Source: Candidatus Sulfomarinibacteraceae bacterium
GTDB lineage: Bacteria > Acidobacteriota > Thermoanaerobaculia > Thermoanaerobaculales > Sulfomarinibacteraceae
Direction: 5' to 3'
Length of the DNA: 64,000 bases
NCBI GenBank assembly: GCA_963796455.1
Contig: CAWCLO010000002.1
Coordinates: 64,001-128,000 of the forward strand
The notes under the pieces are model-generated. The model was not told where the DNA came from. It made no database searches and saw only the letters and a program-made list of their open reading frames with translations. The translations under genes were made by a program, and so were the position numbers. Positions 36,822 through 46,674 of this stretch are shown here, piece after piece. The first letter of the stretch is position 1. Each line of letters opens with the position of its first letter.

Positions 36822-39683
36822 ATGATCGAGACCTCGCGCGCTATTTCCAGGACATTCTCCATTTTCGCCATCGCGATTCTGGCGGTCGTTTTTGTGGCTG
36901 AAGCCGGTGACAAGGCGCTGACCTTCGAAGAGCTCATGAAGTTCCGCCAGATTCAGGACGCCGTGATCTCCGATGACGGCAACTGGGTCGCCTATGCACT
37001 GGTGCCCGACCGGGGTAACGGTGAGGCGGTCATCCGTTCCACCGGGTCCGAGACCGAGTACCGCGTCGAACGCGGCTCCGGGCCGGTGATCTCATCCGAT
37101 GGACAGTGGGTTGCGGCGGCCATCACGCCGACCCTCGAGGAGCGGGAAAAGGCCAAGGACAAAAAGAAGGATGAAAAGCCGAAGAAGGGCCTCTCGCTCG
37201 TGAACCTCGAGACCGGTGAAGAAGAGCGGATCGAAGAGGTCGAGTCCTTCGCCTTCTCAGAGGACGGACAGTGGATCGCCTTCAAGCATTTTGCAGTGAA
37301 AGAAGAAACCAAGGAGAAGGCCGCGGAGGACGAGGAGACGACAGAGGCGGCCGGCGAAGGTGAAGCCGAGGAAGAAAAGAAGGAAGACAAACAGAAGCTC
37401 GGCACGACCCTCGAGTTGCGCAAGCTCGGTGGTGGCGAGGAGCGAGTGATTGAAAATGTTGCGAGCTTCTCCTTTGCCGAACTGGGTTCGTACCTCGCCT
37501 ACTCGGTTTCGGCGCCGGCGGGTGAAGGCAACGGGGCCTTCCTCGTCGATCTGCGGAAGCCGCAGCCCGCGACGACCACGCTCCACGAAGCCGTGATGGG
37601 GAGCTACACCCACCTGACCTGGGCCCGCGAGGCGGATCACCTGGCCTTTGCCGCGGCAGTATTTGATGACGAGGGTGAAGCCGGTGATGGCGAAATCTGG
37701 GCATGGGGTGGCGACGGTGGGGCGACCGCGGTGGTGACCCTTGAGGACGCGCCCGAAGGATTCACGGTGCCTTCTGCCAACGAGATTCAGTGGAGCAAGG
37801 ATGGGACGCGGTTGTTTTTCGGATTCAAGCATGCCGTGGAGAGCTTTGAGGCCGATGATTCATCGGGCACGGACGCGGACGCTGAAGAACCGGCCTTCGA
37901 ACCCTACGATTTTGATTCGATCCTCGAGGGGCGCGGTGTTGATGTGTGGCACTGGAATGATCCGCGCATCATCCCCAACCAGAAGGAACGCTGGAAAGAA
38001 AACGAGAAGGACCGGGTCTACCGGGCGGTGTTCCACCTTGATGGTGGCGCAGTGGTGCCTCTCGCGACTCTCGAGATACCGACGGTCTTTCCGACTGACA
38101 ACCCGTCTTATGCACTGGCCGGCTCTGATCTGCCGTATCTCCGCCGGATCACATGGGACGGGGTCTACGGCGATGCCTATGTGGTGAATCTTGAAAATGG
38201 TCAGGCGGATCTGGTCGTCAAGGAGCTCGCCGTTGGCCGGCGGAGCGGCGCCTCGCTTTCGCCGAACGGTCGATTTGTCCTGTATTACGACGACGGTGAT
38301 TGGTTTCTGTGGGATGTGCAATCCAAGGTTGCGGACAATCTCACGACGGGTCTCGATGTGCCCTTTGCCAACGAGGACCACGACTACCCGGCGGACCCGC
38401 CCGGCTACGGAACCTCCGAGTGGAGTGCCGACTCGAGCTCCATCTTCATCTACGACAAGTACGATATCTGGCAGTTCTTCACCGATGACCGGCCGGCGCG
38501 GCTGCTCACAGCCGGACAGGGCCGCGAGAGCGAGGTCATTTTCAGGATTCTCGACCTCGATCCCGAAGAGGACACCATTCCGGCGGGCGCCGATCTCATG
38601 CTTTCCGCCTATGACGACATGGAAAAGCACGACGCCTTTTATATGGCGAGCCCGGCCCGCGGCTCCATGCGGCCGCTCTACGGCACCGGCCAGCACAAGC
38701 TGGGCTTCCGCGCCAAAGCGGAGCATGCGGATCGAATCGTTTTCACCCGCGAACGCTACGACGAGTTCCCCGATCTCTGGGTCTCGAACCAGGAGCTGCA
38801 AAGCCCGACGAAGCTGTCCGATGCCAACCCGCAGATCGCCGACTATGCCTGGGGCTCGGCCGAGCTCGTGGAGTGGACGAGTGCGGACGGCATCCCGTTG
38901 CAGGGGGTGCTGATCAAACCCGGAAACTATGAGGAAGGCAAACGCTACCCGGTTCTGACGTACTACTATCGCTTTTTCTCACAGCGTTTGCACGAGTTCA
39001 ACCAACCGGTGGTCAACCACCGTCCGTCCTTCCCGATTTACGCGTCCAACGGTTATGCGGTCTTTCTGCCCGATATCCGTTTCGAGGTCGGCCTTCCGGG
39101 GCCTGCGGCCACCAAATGTCTGGTGCCCGGAATGCAGAAGTTGGTGGACATGGGCATCGCCGATCCCGACGCCCTGGGTCTCCACGGCCACTCGTGGAGC
39201 GGCTACCAGACCGCTTTCGTGATCACCCAGACCGACATCTTTGCCGCGGCGGTGGCCGGCGCGCCGGTCTCGAACATGACCTCCGCCTATTCCGGGATTC
39301 GCTGGGGCACCGGGCTGGCCCGCCAGTTTCAATATGAAAAATCCCAGAGCCGAATCGGCGGCAGCCTGTGGGAGAAGCCCGAGCTCTATATCGAGAATTC
39401 GCCGGTCTTCTACGCCGATCGCATCAACACCCCGCTGCTCATCCAGCATGGTGATGCCGATGAGGCGGTGCCCTGGTACCAGGCGATCGAGCTCTATCTG
39501 GCGTGCCGGCGGCTCGACAAGAACTGCATCTTTCTCCAGTATCGTGACGAACCTCACCACCTCAAGATCTACGCCAACAAGCTCGATTATTCGATCAAGA
39601 TGAAGGAGTTCTTCGACCACTATCTCAAGGGAGAACCGGCCCCGGAGTGGATCGAGAAGGGCGTGCCGTATACGGGGAAATAG
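36822..39683 (+). CDS. S9 family (prolyl oligopeptidase/acylaminoacyl) peptidase, secreted
   Basis: Signal peptide; propeller repeats; GHSWSG, HGDADEAVP and EPHH catalytic motifs. Confidence 0.9.
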   Translation: MIETSRAISRTFSIFAIAILAVVFVAEAGDKALTFEELMKFRQIQDAVISDDGNWVAYALVPDRGNGEAVIRSTGSETEYRVERGSGPVISSDGQWVAAAITPTLEEREKAKDKKKDEKPKKGLSLVNLETGEEERIEEVESFAFSEDGQWIAFKHFAVKEETKEKAAEDEETTEAAGEGEAEEEKKEDKQKLGTTLELRKLGGGEERVIENVASFSFAELGSYLAYSVSAPAGEGNGAFLVDLRKPQPATTTLHEAVMGSYTHLTWAREADHLAFAAAVFDDEGEAGDGEIWAWGGDGGATAVVTLEDAPEGFTVPSANEIQWSKDGTRLFFGFKHAVESFEADDSSGTDADAEEPAFEPYDFDSILEGRGVDVWHWNDPRIIPNQKERWKENEKDRVYRAVFHLDGGAVVPLATLEIPTVFPTDNPSYALAGSDLPYLRRITWDGVYGDAYVVNLENGQADLVVKELAVGRRSGASLSPNGRFVLYYDDGDWFLWDVQSKVADNLTTGLDVPFANEDHDYPADPPGYGTSEWSADSSSIFIYDKYDIWQFFTDDRPARLLTAGQGRESEVIFRILDLDPEEDTIPAGADLMLSAYDDMEKHDAFYMASPARGSMRPLYGTGQHKLGFRAKAEHADRIVFTRERYDEFPDLWVSNQELQSPTKLSDANPQIADYAWGSAELVEWTSADGIPLQGVLIKPGNYEEGKRYPVLTYYYRFFSQRLHEFNQPVVNHRPSFPIYASNGYAVFLPDIRFEVGLPGPAATKCLVPGMQKLVDMGIADPDALGLHGHSWSGYQTAFVITQTDIFAAAVAGAPVSNMTSAYSGIRWGTGLARQFQYEKSQSRIGGSLWEKPELYIENSPVFYADRINTPLLIQHGDADEAVPWYQAIELYLACRRLDKNCIFLQYRDEPHHLKIYANKLDYSIKMKEFFDHYLKGEPAPEWIEKGVPYTGK

Positions 39684-39688
39684 CTTCC

Positions 39689-40120
39689 GATCCCGATCCC
39701 GATCCCGAAAGGGAGAAAGGGGGAAAGGGAGAAAGGGGGAAAGGGAGAAGGGGAGAACCGTACCTCGCGTGGCAGAGGGGCAGAGGGGCAGAGGAGCAGA
39801 GGGGCAGAGTACCCGTCTCTATCACCATCGGTATCGCTATCGACGGCGAGATCGATCCTCGAACCGGCGGAGGGGCAGACGGGAAAGGGAGATAGGGAGA
39901 AAGGGAGAAACGCCCGGTACCGAATTCTCCTGTATGGGAGTGTCGTCTCCCGATGTCATCCTGAGCGGAGCCCCGCCTTGTCACGGCGTAGCCTGAAAGG
40001 CGCTTCGCTCAGGATGACATCTTGAAACTGGGCAGCCTGCTCATTGTCCCCGCCCCAAACGAGGCTGAATACTCGGTCTCCCCTTCTCCCCTTCTCCCTT
40101 TCTCCCTTTCTCCCTTTCCT
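39689..40120. repeat. Composite repeat island: (GATCCC)n, (GGGAGAAA)n, (GG[AG]GCAGA)n, TGTCATCCTGAG REP-like palindrome, closing (TTTCTCCC)n
   Basis: Inverted repeat 39952-39971 / 40002-40021 (19/20); GGGAGAAA arrays on the left face TTTCTCCC arrays at about 40077-40118. Confidence 0.85.
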
Positions 40121-40207
40121 CCGCATGTGGCCTGCTTTTCGAGAACTCACGACCTATACTGTCTGCAGCAGCTTCGGAGATATCAAGAACAGCGCAGGAG
40201 GTGCACC

Positions 40208-41401
40208 ATGACGAATTCGCATCACGGGATGGATCGGCGTTCTTTCCTCAAGCTCGGGGCCGCCACCACCACCGGTCTCGCCGTCGGCGGCTGCGCCGAC
40301 AGCGAAGAGGTGCTCGCGGACATGCCCAAGCTGGAATTGGGCTCGCGGCCGCTGGGTGATACCGGTCTCGAGGTCTCGGAGATCTCGCTCGGCACCTATG
40401 GCTTCGACAACCCGTCGCTGCTCCTGGCCGCCCTCGATGTGGGCATCACGACCATCTGCACCTCGGCCAATTATCAGGACGGCCGCGCCGAGGAGGCCAT
40501 CGGCAAGGCGCTCGCCACCGTGGCCGGTCGCCGCGACGAACTGGTCCTCTTCACCGGCAATCGATTCAGATCTGATGTCACCGTGGATCAGGTCCTCGAA
40601 TCCATCGACGCCAGTCTGCGCCGTCTCCAGACGGATCATGTGGAGATTTTTCGCATCACCGATGTCCGGTCGCCGGAGGATCTTCGCATCGAAGCCCTGA
40701 TGGAGGGATTCGAACGCGCCCGCGAAGCCGGGAAAGTCGGGGTTCTCGGGATGTCCGGCCATCACGGTGGCATGCAGGACTGTTTGAATGCCGCCATCGA
40801 CCAGGGCGGATACCGGGCGCTTTTCACCAAATACGATTTTGCCTCCTATCCCGATCAGGATGAGATCCTCGAACGCGCCACAAAGCGCGGCCTCGGAACC
40901 CTGGTCTTCAAGACCGGGGCCGGCAACCGGGAGAAGGAGATCAAGGATCTCGAAGTGGGGGGGCTCTCCTACAAGCAGGCCACCATCAAGTGGGCCCTGA
41001 CCAACCCAAACGTGGCCAGCGTGTGCGTGGGCATCACCAACTTCAAACAGATCCGCGATTATGCCGAGGCTGTCGGAAAACCTCTCCGAGAGGCCGAGGT
41101 CGCCATGCTGCGGCGGTACTCGGACGAGGTGTATGACCGGTACTGCCGCTTTTGTGCGACCTGCGAACCGAGTTGCCCACACGGAGTGGCGGTGGCCGAC
41201 GTCAACCGTTTCGCCATGTATTTCAAATACTATGGCCGGGAAAAAGACGCCATGGAACTCTATGGTGAGCTCTCTTCGGGTTGTACGGCAGAGGCCTGTG
41301 CAGACTGCGAGGCCCCCTGCGAGAGCGCCTGCCCCTTTGGCCGCCGGGTGCAGGACGAATTGGTGGAGGCCGATCGTCTCCTGAGCTTCCGCCGCGCGTA
41401 A
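40208..41401 (+). CDS. Aldo/keto reductase with Tat signal and C-terminal 4Fe-4S cluster domain
   Basis: DRRSFLK; LGDTGLEVSEISLG; SLRRLQTDHVE; CRFCATCEPSCP and CADC..C...CP. Confidence 0.88.
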   Translation: MTNSHHGMDRRSFLKLGAATTTGLAVGGCADSEEVLADMPKLELGSRPLGDTGLEVSEISLGTYGFDNPSLLLAALDVGITTICTSANYQDGRAEEAIGKALATVAGRRDELVLFTGNRFRSDVTVDQVLESIDASLRRLQTDHVEIFRITDVRSPEDLRIEALMEGFERAREAGKVGVLGMSGHHGGMQDCLNAAIDQGGYRALFTKYDFASYPDQDEILERATKRGLGTLVFKTGAGNREKEIKDLEVGGLSYKQATIKWALTNPNVASVCVGITNFKQIRDYAEAVGKPLREAEVAMLRRYSDEVYDRYCRFCATCEPSCPHGVAVADVNRFAMYFKYYGREKDAMELYGELSSGCTAEACADCEAPCESACPFGRRVQDELVEADRLLSFRRA

Positions 41402-41466
41402 ACCAGCCGGTCCGGGCCGAACCAACGGTGTCCATGGAATTTCATCAAACGCCTGTGGGTTGATTA

Positions 41467-41495
41467 TTTTGATATTGATTCAATCGATGTCAAAA
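41467..41495. promoter_or_regulatory. Putative MarR operator palindrome
   Basis: TTTTGATATTGATT-C-AATCGATGTCAAAA just upstream of marR; related 24-mer at 43786-43809. Confidence 0.6.
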
Positions 41496-41516
41496 GAGTT
41501 TCACAGCGGAGCACCG

Positions 41517-41966
41517 ATGTGCACACGACACGAAGGAACGAAGTCCGAGAAGCGGGTGCTTGACGCGTATATCAAGTTGCGCCGGGCGGTCAACGCCGTG
41601 AACGGAAACGAGGAGCTTGTGACGCGCAGCGCGGGTTTGACCGAAAGTCAGTTCGGAGTGCTGGAGGCCCTTTTCCATCTCGGGCCATCGTGTCAGCGTG
41701 AGCTCGCCGTCAAGATCCTCAAAAGCGCCGGCAACCTCACCACCGTGATCGACAATCTGGAAAAGCGCGACCTCGTCAAACGTCGGCGAGAGGCCGAAGA
41801 TCGCCGGATCGTGATCGTTTCCTTGACGCCGGAAGGCAGACGGCTCATCAGTGAAGTCTATCCGCGAGTCGTCGCCGTCCTCGTCGCTGCCTTTTCTCAT
41901 CTCACGGCACGGGAACAAGACCAGATGGCGTCATTGTCGCTCAAGCTGGGAAAGTGTCGACAATAA
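41517..41966 (+). CDS. MarR family transcriptional regulator (MhqR-like)
   Basis: GLTESQFGVLEAL.H.GP..Q, NLTTVIDNLEKRDLV, EDRR...SLT..G. Confidence 0.9.
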   Translation: MCTRHEGTKSEKRVLDAYIKLRRAVNAVNGNEELVTRSAGLTESQFGVLEALFHLGPSCQRELAVKILKSAGNLTTVIDNLEKRDLVKRRREAEDRRIVIVSLTPEGRRLISEVYPRVVAVLVAAFSHLTAREQDQMASLSLKLGKCRQ

Positions 41967-42010
41967 ACTTTCGAAACCGCGCTTCCCTGAGAAGCGAGAA
42001 CAAGGAGAAA

Positions 42011-42388
42011 ATGATGTCAGTCGATATTCGTGAACGCGTGGACGCACTGAACACGATGATCCTCGAGGGCAAGATCATGGAGGCGATGAACGAGTTCTAC
42101 GCCGGTGATGTGGTCATGGCTGAGAACGACAACGAGCCGACGGTCGGCCTGGCTGCGAATTTGGAGCGCGAACAGGCATTCGTCGACAACACGACCTGGT
42201 ATGGCGCCGAGCTCAAGAGCGTTGCAGTCGGTGACGATCTTTCGATGGTGGAATGGCGACTCGATTTTCACAACACCCAGTATGGGGCCAGACTCGCGTT
42301 CACACAGGTGGCTGTGCAGCGCTGGCGCGATGGCAAGATCTACGACGAGCGCTTCTACTATTCGCCTCAACCAGTGACCGAGGTCTGA
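42011..42388 (+). CDS. SnoaL/NTF2-like protein
   Basis: FYAGDVVM.EN; QVAVQRWRDGKI..ERFYY. Confidence 0.8.
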   Translation: MMSVDIRERVDALNTMILEGKIMEAMNEFYAGDVVMAENDNEPTVGLAANLEREQAFVDNTTWYGAELKSVAVGDDLSMVEWRLDFHNTQYGARLAFTQVAVQRWRDGKIYDERFYYSPQPVTEV

Positions 42389-42398
42389 GAATCGGGCC

Positions 42399-42965
42399 GT
42401 GGCAAACCTGAAAATACCGGTTCTTCTGGGGAGCGTTCGTCGCAATCGGCAAAGCCCGAAGGTGGCGCGCTGGTTCAAGGCAGCTCTGGGAGCCGATGAT
42501 CGGATATCAAGCGAGCTCCTGGACCTTGAGGAGCTCGCGCTTCCGATCATGGAGGAGAGGCTTCGGATGCGTGACGACCCACCACCGGGTGCGGTGAGGT
42601 TGAGTGAGGCCGTAGCGGCGGCTCACGGCCTGGTGATCGTCACTCCTGAGTACAATAACGGCTATCCCGGCGCGCTCAAAAACGCTCTCGACTACCTCTT
42701 GCCGGAGCTCAAACGCAAACCGGTGGGTATTGTGACGGTATCGGCCGGCGGCTTTGGCGGCATCAGCTGTCTGGCTCAATTGCGGTTGGTGCTGCTGGCC
42801 ATGGGTGCGGCGCCGATTCCGGCCTCGCTGCCCGTATCGAAGGTCGGGCAGTCCTTCTCGGAAGAGGGCCCGACCGACGGAGATTTCGGCCAACGCGCGA
42901 CCCGTTTCATCGACGAACTGGTGTGGTGGACCGAGGCAGCGACAAGACAACGCGGGTCCGTCTGA
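42399..42965 (+). CDS. NADPH-dependent FMN reductase
   Basis: GSVRRNRQS, TPEYNNGYPGALKNALD, SAGGFGG. Confidence 0.9.
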   Translation: MANLKIPVLLGSVRRNRQSPKVARWFKAALGADDRISSELLDLEELALPIMEERLRMRDDPPPGAVRLSEAVAAAHGLVIVTPEYNNGYPGALKNALDYLLPELKRKPVGIVTVSAGGFGGISCLAQLRLVLLAMGAAPIPASLPVSKVGQSFSEEGPTDGDFGQRATRFIDELVWWTEAATRQRGSV

Positions 42966-42982
42966 TAAAGACATTTCCTGGC

Positions 42983-43015
42983 AAAAAAAGGACGCACCCG
43001 TGGGCGCGCCCTTTT
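42983..43015 (-). terminator. Intrinsic (probably bidirectional) terminator
   Basis: Minus strand GGGCGCGCCC-AC-GGGTGCGTCC followed by U7; short T-tract on the plus strand. Confidence 0.75.
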
Positions 43016-43028
43016 CCTGTGGCGGGTT

Positions 43029-43745
43029 TCATGCGAGGTCGAAGAGCAGGACGTCGCTCCAATCGCCGACCCCGGTGACGACAAGGGCGGCGGGGTTGTC
43101 GGCGGCCAGACCGTCACCCTCCTCGAGGCGATGGCCGTCGACTTCCACAGCTCCCTCGATGACCTGCAGCCAGGCGTTGCGTTCGGCGGCAAAGGTCTTC
43201 TCGAGGCGCGCTCCTTCAGTCAACGTCGCTCGATACATCGCGACATCCTGGTGTACGGTCAGCGAACCGTCCCGACCGTCTTGCGAAGCCACCAGGGTCC
43301 AGGCATCGCGCAACCCCTCCCATGGAAAGACACGCTGCTCGTAGCTGGGCGCGAGGCCGGTTTGCTCCGGCTCGATCCAGATCTGCAGAAAACGCACCTC
43401 TTCGCTTGGCGACGGGTTGAACTCGGAGTGCCGGACACCGGTGCCCGCGGTGATCCGCTGGACTTCGCCGGGGCGGATCACCGAACCGGTTCCGAGGCTG
43501 TCCTTGTGCTCGAGCGCCCCTTCCACCACCACGCTGAGAATTTCCATGTCGCGGTGCGGGTGGGTGCCGAAGCCCTGTCCCGGCTGGACCCGGTCGTCGT
43601 TGATCACCCGCAGGCTGCGGAAACCCATGTGCTCCGGGTCGTAATAGTGCCCGAAGGAGAAACTGTGCCGGCTCGACAGCCAGCCGAACTCGGCCATTCC
43701 GCGTTCTGCGGCCGACCGGATGCGATTTTGAGTCGAGGATGTCAT
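43029..43745 (-). CDS. Pirin family protein (YhhW-like)
   Basis: HSFSF..YYDP, THPHRDMEI, H.DSLG, AGTGVRHSEFN, LQIWI. Confidence 0.92.
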   Translation of the reverse strand: MTSSTQNRIRSAAERGMAEFGWLSSRHSFSFGHYYDPEHMGFRSLRVINDDRVQPGQGFGTHPHRDMEILSVVVEGALEHKDSLGTGSVIRPGEVQRITAGTGVRHSEFNPSPSEEVRFLQIWIEPEQTGLAPSYEQRVFPWEGLRDAWTLVASQDGRDGSLTVHQDVAMYRATLTEGARLEKTFAAERNAWLQVIEGAVEVDGHRLEEGDGLAADNPAALVVTGVGDWSDVLLFDLA

Positions 43746-43785
43746 ATCGAACTCCTTTCATTGGCCGCCTTTTGGCGGCCCGCTC

Positions 43786-43809
43786 TGATATTAAACAGTT
43801 CGATGTCGA
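43786..43809. promoter_or_regulatory. Second putative MarR operator, upstream of pirin
   Basis: TGATATTAAACAGTTCGATGTCGA, 17/24 identical to 41470-41493 with both arms conserved. Confidence 0.55.
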
Positions 43810-43900
43810 AGTAAATTTCAGAGCCTTGGTCACGGTCGACCCCGGCCGTGTCGCGGGGCGAAACCTGATATTCTGTCGCACGTGTGCGGATGGAGGGCCG

Positions 43901-44665
43901 GTGAAAAGATCAGAGCTCCAGGAAATATTGCGGGCGGTAGCAGCCGGTGACATCAAGGCCGATGCCGCGCTCGAGAGCGTGCTTGCACAGGGAGTCGAAG
44001 ATCTCGGTTTTGCGCGGCTCGACACCGATCGCGAACGTCGCACCGGGATGGCCGAGGCGATCTTTGCGCCCGGCAAGACGGACGAACAGCTGACGCTCAT
44101 CGTTGATCGGTGTCTCGAGATGCACCACAAGGTGTTGGTGACGCGCGTCGAGAGAGATCGTGTCGGAGCATTGTTGGAACGCCATCCGGAGTTGCGCTAT
44201 CACTCCGTTGGCCGAATCCTCGAGGCACGGCCGGAGGCGGAGCCTACGGGCAAGCCGGTCGCGGTGGTTTCCGCCGGGACTTCCGATCTCCCGGTGGCCG
44301 AGGAAGCGGCGCTGGTCCTCGAACATCTCGGCCACCCGGTCGACCGCGTCAACGATGTCGGAGTGGCGGGGATCCACCGTCTCTTCTCGGTCCTCGAACG
44401 GCTCCGCCGTGCCCGCGTCCTCGTGGTCGTTGCGGGGATGGAAGGCGCGCTGCCATCGGTGGTCGCGGGTCTGGTGGAGTGCCCCGTGATCGCGGTGCCG
44501 ACCTCGGTCGGTTATGGCGCCAGCTTCGGTGGCGTGGCGGCCCTGCTCGGGATGCTGAACTCCTGTGCCGCCGGCATCAGTGTGGTCAACATCGACAACG
44601 GTTTTGGCGCCGCCACGGTGGTGCATCGTATCGCTCGCATCGACGGTTCCGGAGACGACGAATGA
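43901..44665 (+). CDS. larB: Nickel-pincer cofactor biosynthesis carboxylase/hydrolase LarB
   Basis: AGTSDLPVAEEA, DVGVAGIHRL, AGMEGAL, PTSVGYGA, LNSC..G..VVNIDNGFGAA. Confidence 0.93.
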   Translation: MKRSELQEILRAVAAGDIKADAALESVLAQGVEDLGFARLDTDRERRTGMAEAIFAPGKTDEQLTLIVDRCLEMHHKVLVTRVERDRVGALLERHPELRYHSVGRILEARPEAEPTGKPVAVVSAGTSDLPVAEEAALVLEHLGHPVDRVNDVGVAGIHRLFSVLERLRRARVLVVVAGMEGALPSVVAGLVECPVIAVPTSVGYGASFGGVAALLGMLNSCAAGISVVNIDNGFGAATVVHRIARIDGSGDDE

Positions 44666-45852
44666 GCAGGCGGCTTCTTTACCTCGACTGTGCGGGCGGG
44701 GCCGCGGGGGACATGATCCTGTGCGCCCTGGCCGAAGCCGTTGGCGACGTGTCGCTGGTGGAGAACCTCCCGGAGCGGCTCGGGTTCCCGGATGTCACCC
44801 TCGAGTGGCCGGCCGGAAAACCCGGCGGGTTTGCCGCGCGCCGCCTCAATGTTCGCTTCGATCCCGCAAAACACCCCCACCATCGAAATCTCGCGGATGT
44901 GGTCAGTCTTCTGGAAGCTGCCGATGTGTCGCCGACAGCTATCAAAATGGCGCGGGCGGTTTTCGAGCGTCTTGCCGAGGCCGAAGGCCAGGTCCACGGT
45001 GAGCCCGCCGACCAGGTCCATTTCCATGAAGTCGGCGCAGTCGATGCGTTGATCGACATTCTCGGCGCCTGTCTCCTGCTCGAGCGACTGGCGGTGGACG
45101 AGGTCGTTTGCTCGGTGCTGCCGATGGGTCACGGTACGGTGGCCTGTGCTCACGGCGAACTGCCCTTGCCGGCACCGGCGGTGGCCGCCATGTTGCCCGG
45201 TGTGCCGGTGCGCGCAGTCGAAATCGAAGGCGAGACCGTCACCCCGACCGGCGCCGCCTTGGTCACGACGCTCGCCGATCACTTTGGTGCGATGCCGGCC
45301 ATGACGGTTGAAAAAATTGGAGTCGGTGCGGGATCGAGAGAGTACCCGGGTCTGCCGAACGTGGTCCGCGCCTTTGTCGGTTCGGCGGCAACGCCCACTG
45401 AAATCGAACGCAGCGACAACCTGGTCATCGAGTGCAATATCGACGATCTCGACCCGAGGGTGTTTCCGGTCGTGATCGATAATTTGCTTGCCGCCGGCGC
45501 TCTCGATGCTTATGTCACTCCGCTTTTGATGAAGAAGGGGCGGCCGGGTCATTTGCTGACGGTCATTTCGACGGCCGCTTCCGTCGAAGGCCATATTGAT
45601 TTGATTCTGCGCGAGACGACCAGTCTCGGGTGCCGCACCTATCCGGTCAGCAAATACCATCTGCAACGGCACATGGAGATGGTCGCCACGCCCTGGGGCC
45701 AGGTGCCGGTGAAGGTCGCTCTGGCCGGCGACAAGGTGCTTCGAAGAGTCCCGGAATTCGAACCCTGCGCCGCGCTGGCCCGCGAAACCGGCGTACCCCT
45801 GCGCGACATCCTCGCCGCTGCCGGCGGTGTGCCCGATAAGGAATCCGAATGA
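44662..45852 (+). CDS. larC: Nickel insertase LarC
   Basis: DC.GG.AGDM, VHFHEVGAVD, GETVTPTGAA, ECNIDD, MKKGRPG, ETTSLG, PEFE.C; ATGA overlap. Confidence 0.93.
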   Translation: MSRRLLYLDCAGGAAGDMILCALAEAVGDVSLVENLPERLGFPDVTLEWPAGKPGGFAARRLNVRFDPAKHPHHRNLADVVSLLEAADVSPTAIKMARAVFERLAEAEGQVHGEPADQVHFHEVGAVDALIDILGACLLLERLAVDEVVCSVLPMGHGTVACAHGELPLPAPAVAAMLPGVPVRAVEIEGETVTPTGAALVTTLADHFGAMPAMTVEKIGVGAGSREYPGLPNVVRAFVGSAATPTEIERSDNLVIECNIDDLDPRVFPVVIDNLLAAGALDAYVTPLLMKKGRPGHLLTVISTAASVEGHIDLILRETTSLGCRTYPVSKYHLQRHMEMVATPWGQVPVKVALAGDKVLRRVPEFEPCAALARETGVPLRDILAAAGGVPDKESE

Positions 45853-46673
45853 TGGCTGATTACGATGGGTTGTTGCAGTGGTTCCGCGACTCCGGTTCGG
45901 CCCTGGTGGCCTTCTCGGGAGGCGTCGATTCGACGCTCCTGGCCAGGATCGCCTTCGAGGCGCTCGAGGACCGGGCTGTTGCAGTCACTGCGGTGTCGGC
46001 CTCCCTGGCGCCCCGTGAGCTCGACGAGGCGCGGCAGCTGGCGGCACAGATCGGCATCAACCACCGACTCGAGACCTCCTCCGAAACCGCCAAACCCCAG
46101 TATCTGGTCAACGACGGGGACCGCTGTTACCACTGCAAATCGGAGCTCTATTCGATCTGCGAAAAAGTGGCCCGCGAGATGGATCTGGCGGTGATCGTCA
46201 ACGGCCTCAACACCGATGATCTTTCCGATCACCGGCCGGGAAACAGGGCCGCCGAAGAGGCCGGGGTGCGATCGCCCTTTGTCGACTTCGGCTTTGACAA
46301 GACTGCCATCAGGGAGCGCTCCCGCCGCTTCGGCCTTCCCACCGCTGCAAAACCGGAATTGGCCTGTCTCGCGTCTCGCTTTCCAACCGGAACACCGATC
46401 ACGATCAATGGTCTGGAGCGTGTTGCTGCGGCCGAAGAAGTGGTGGCGGCGCTCGGTTTTTCGCAATACCGGGTCCGCTTTCACGGCGATCTGGCGCGCA
46501 TCGAGGTGCCGGGCGCCGAGATCGATCGTTTGTCCGACCCGTCGCTTCGCGGTCGTCTGGTGGCGGGCGTCAAGGATGCCGGTTTCCGGTTTGTGACGGT
46601 GGATCTCGCCGGGTATTCGCGGGGCTCGTCGAATCCCCTGGCGATGGCGCGGGATGGAGGTGAGCGGGGCTGA
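45849..46673 (+). CDS. larE: ATP-dependent sulfur insertase LarE
   Basis: PP-loop SGGVDS; RCYHCK; D...RPG; ACLASRFP; RVRFHG.LARIE. Confidence 0.93.
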   Translation: MMADYDGLLQWFRDSGSALVAFSGGVDSTLLARIAFEALEDRAVAVTAVSASLAPRELDEARQLAAQIGINHRLETSSETAKPQYLVNDGDRCYHCKSELYSICEKVAREMDLAVIVNGLNTDDLSDHRPGNRAAEEAGVRSPFVDFGFDKTAIRERSRRFGLPTAAKPELACLASRFPTGTPITINGLERVAAAEEVVAALGFSQYRVRFHGDLARIEVPGAEIDRLSDPSLRGRLVAGVKDAGFRFVTVDLAGYSRGSSNPLAMARDGGERG

Positions 46674-46674
46674 G

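Noticed and set aside
44662..45852. Programmed frameshift in larC
   Set aside because: Both LarC halves are in one continuous frame here.
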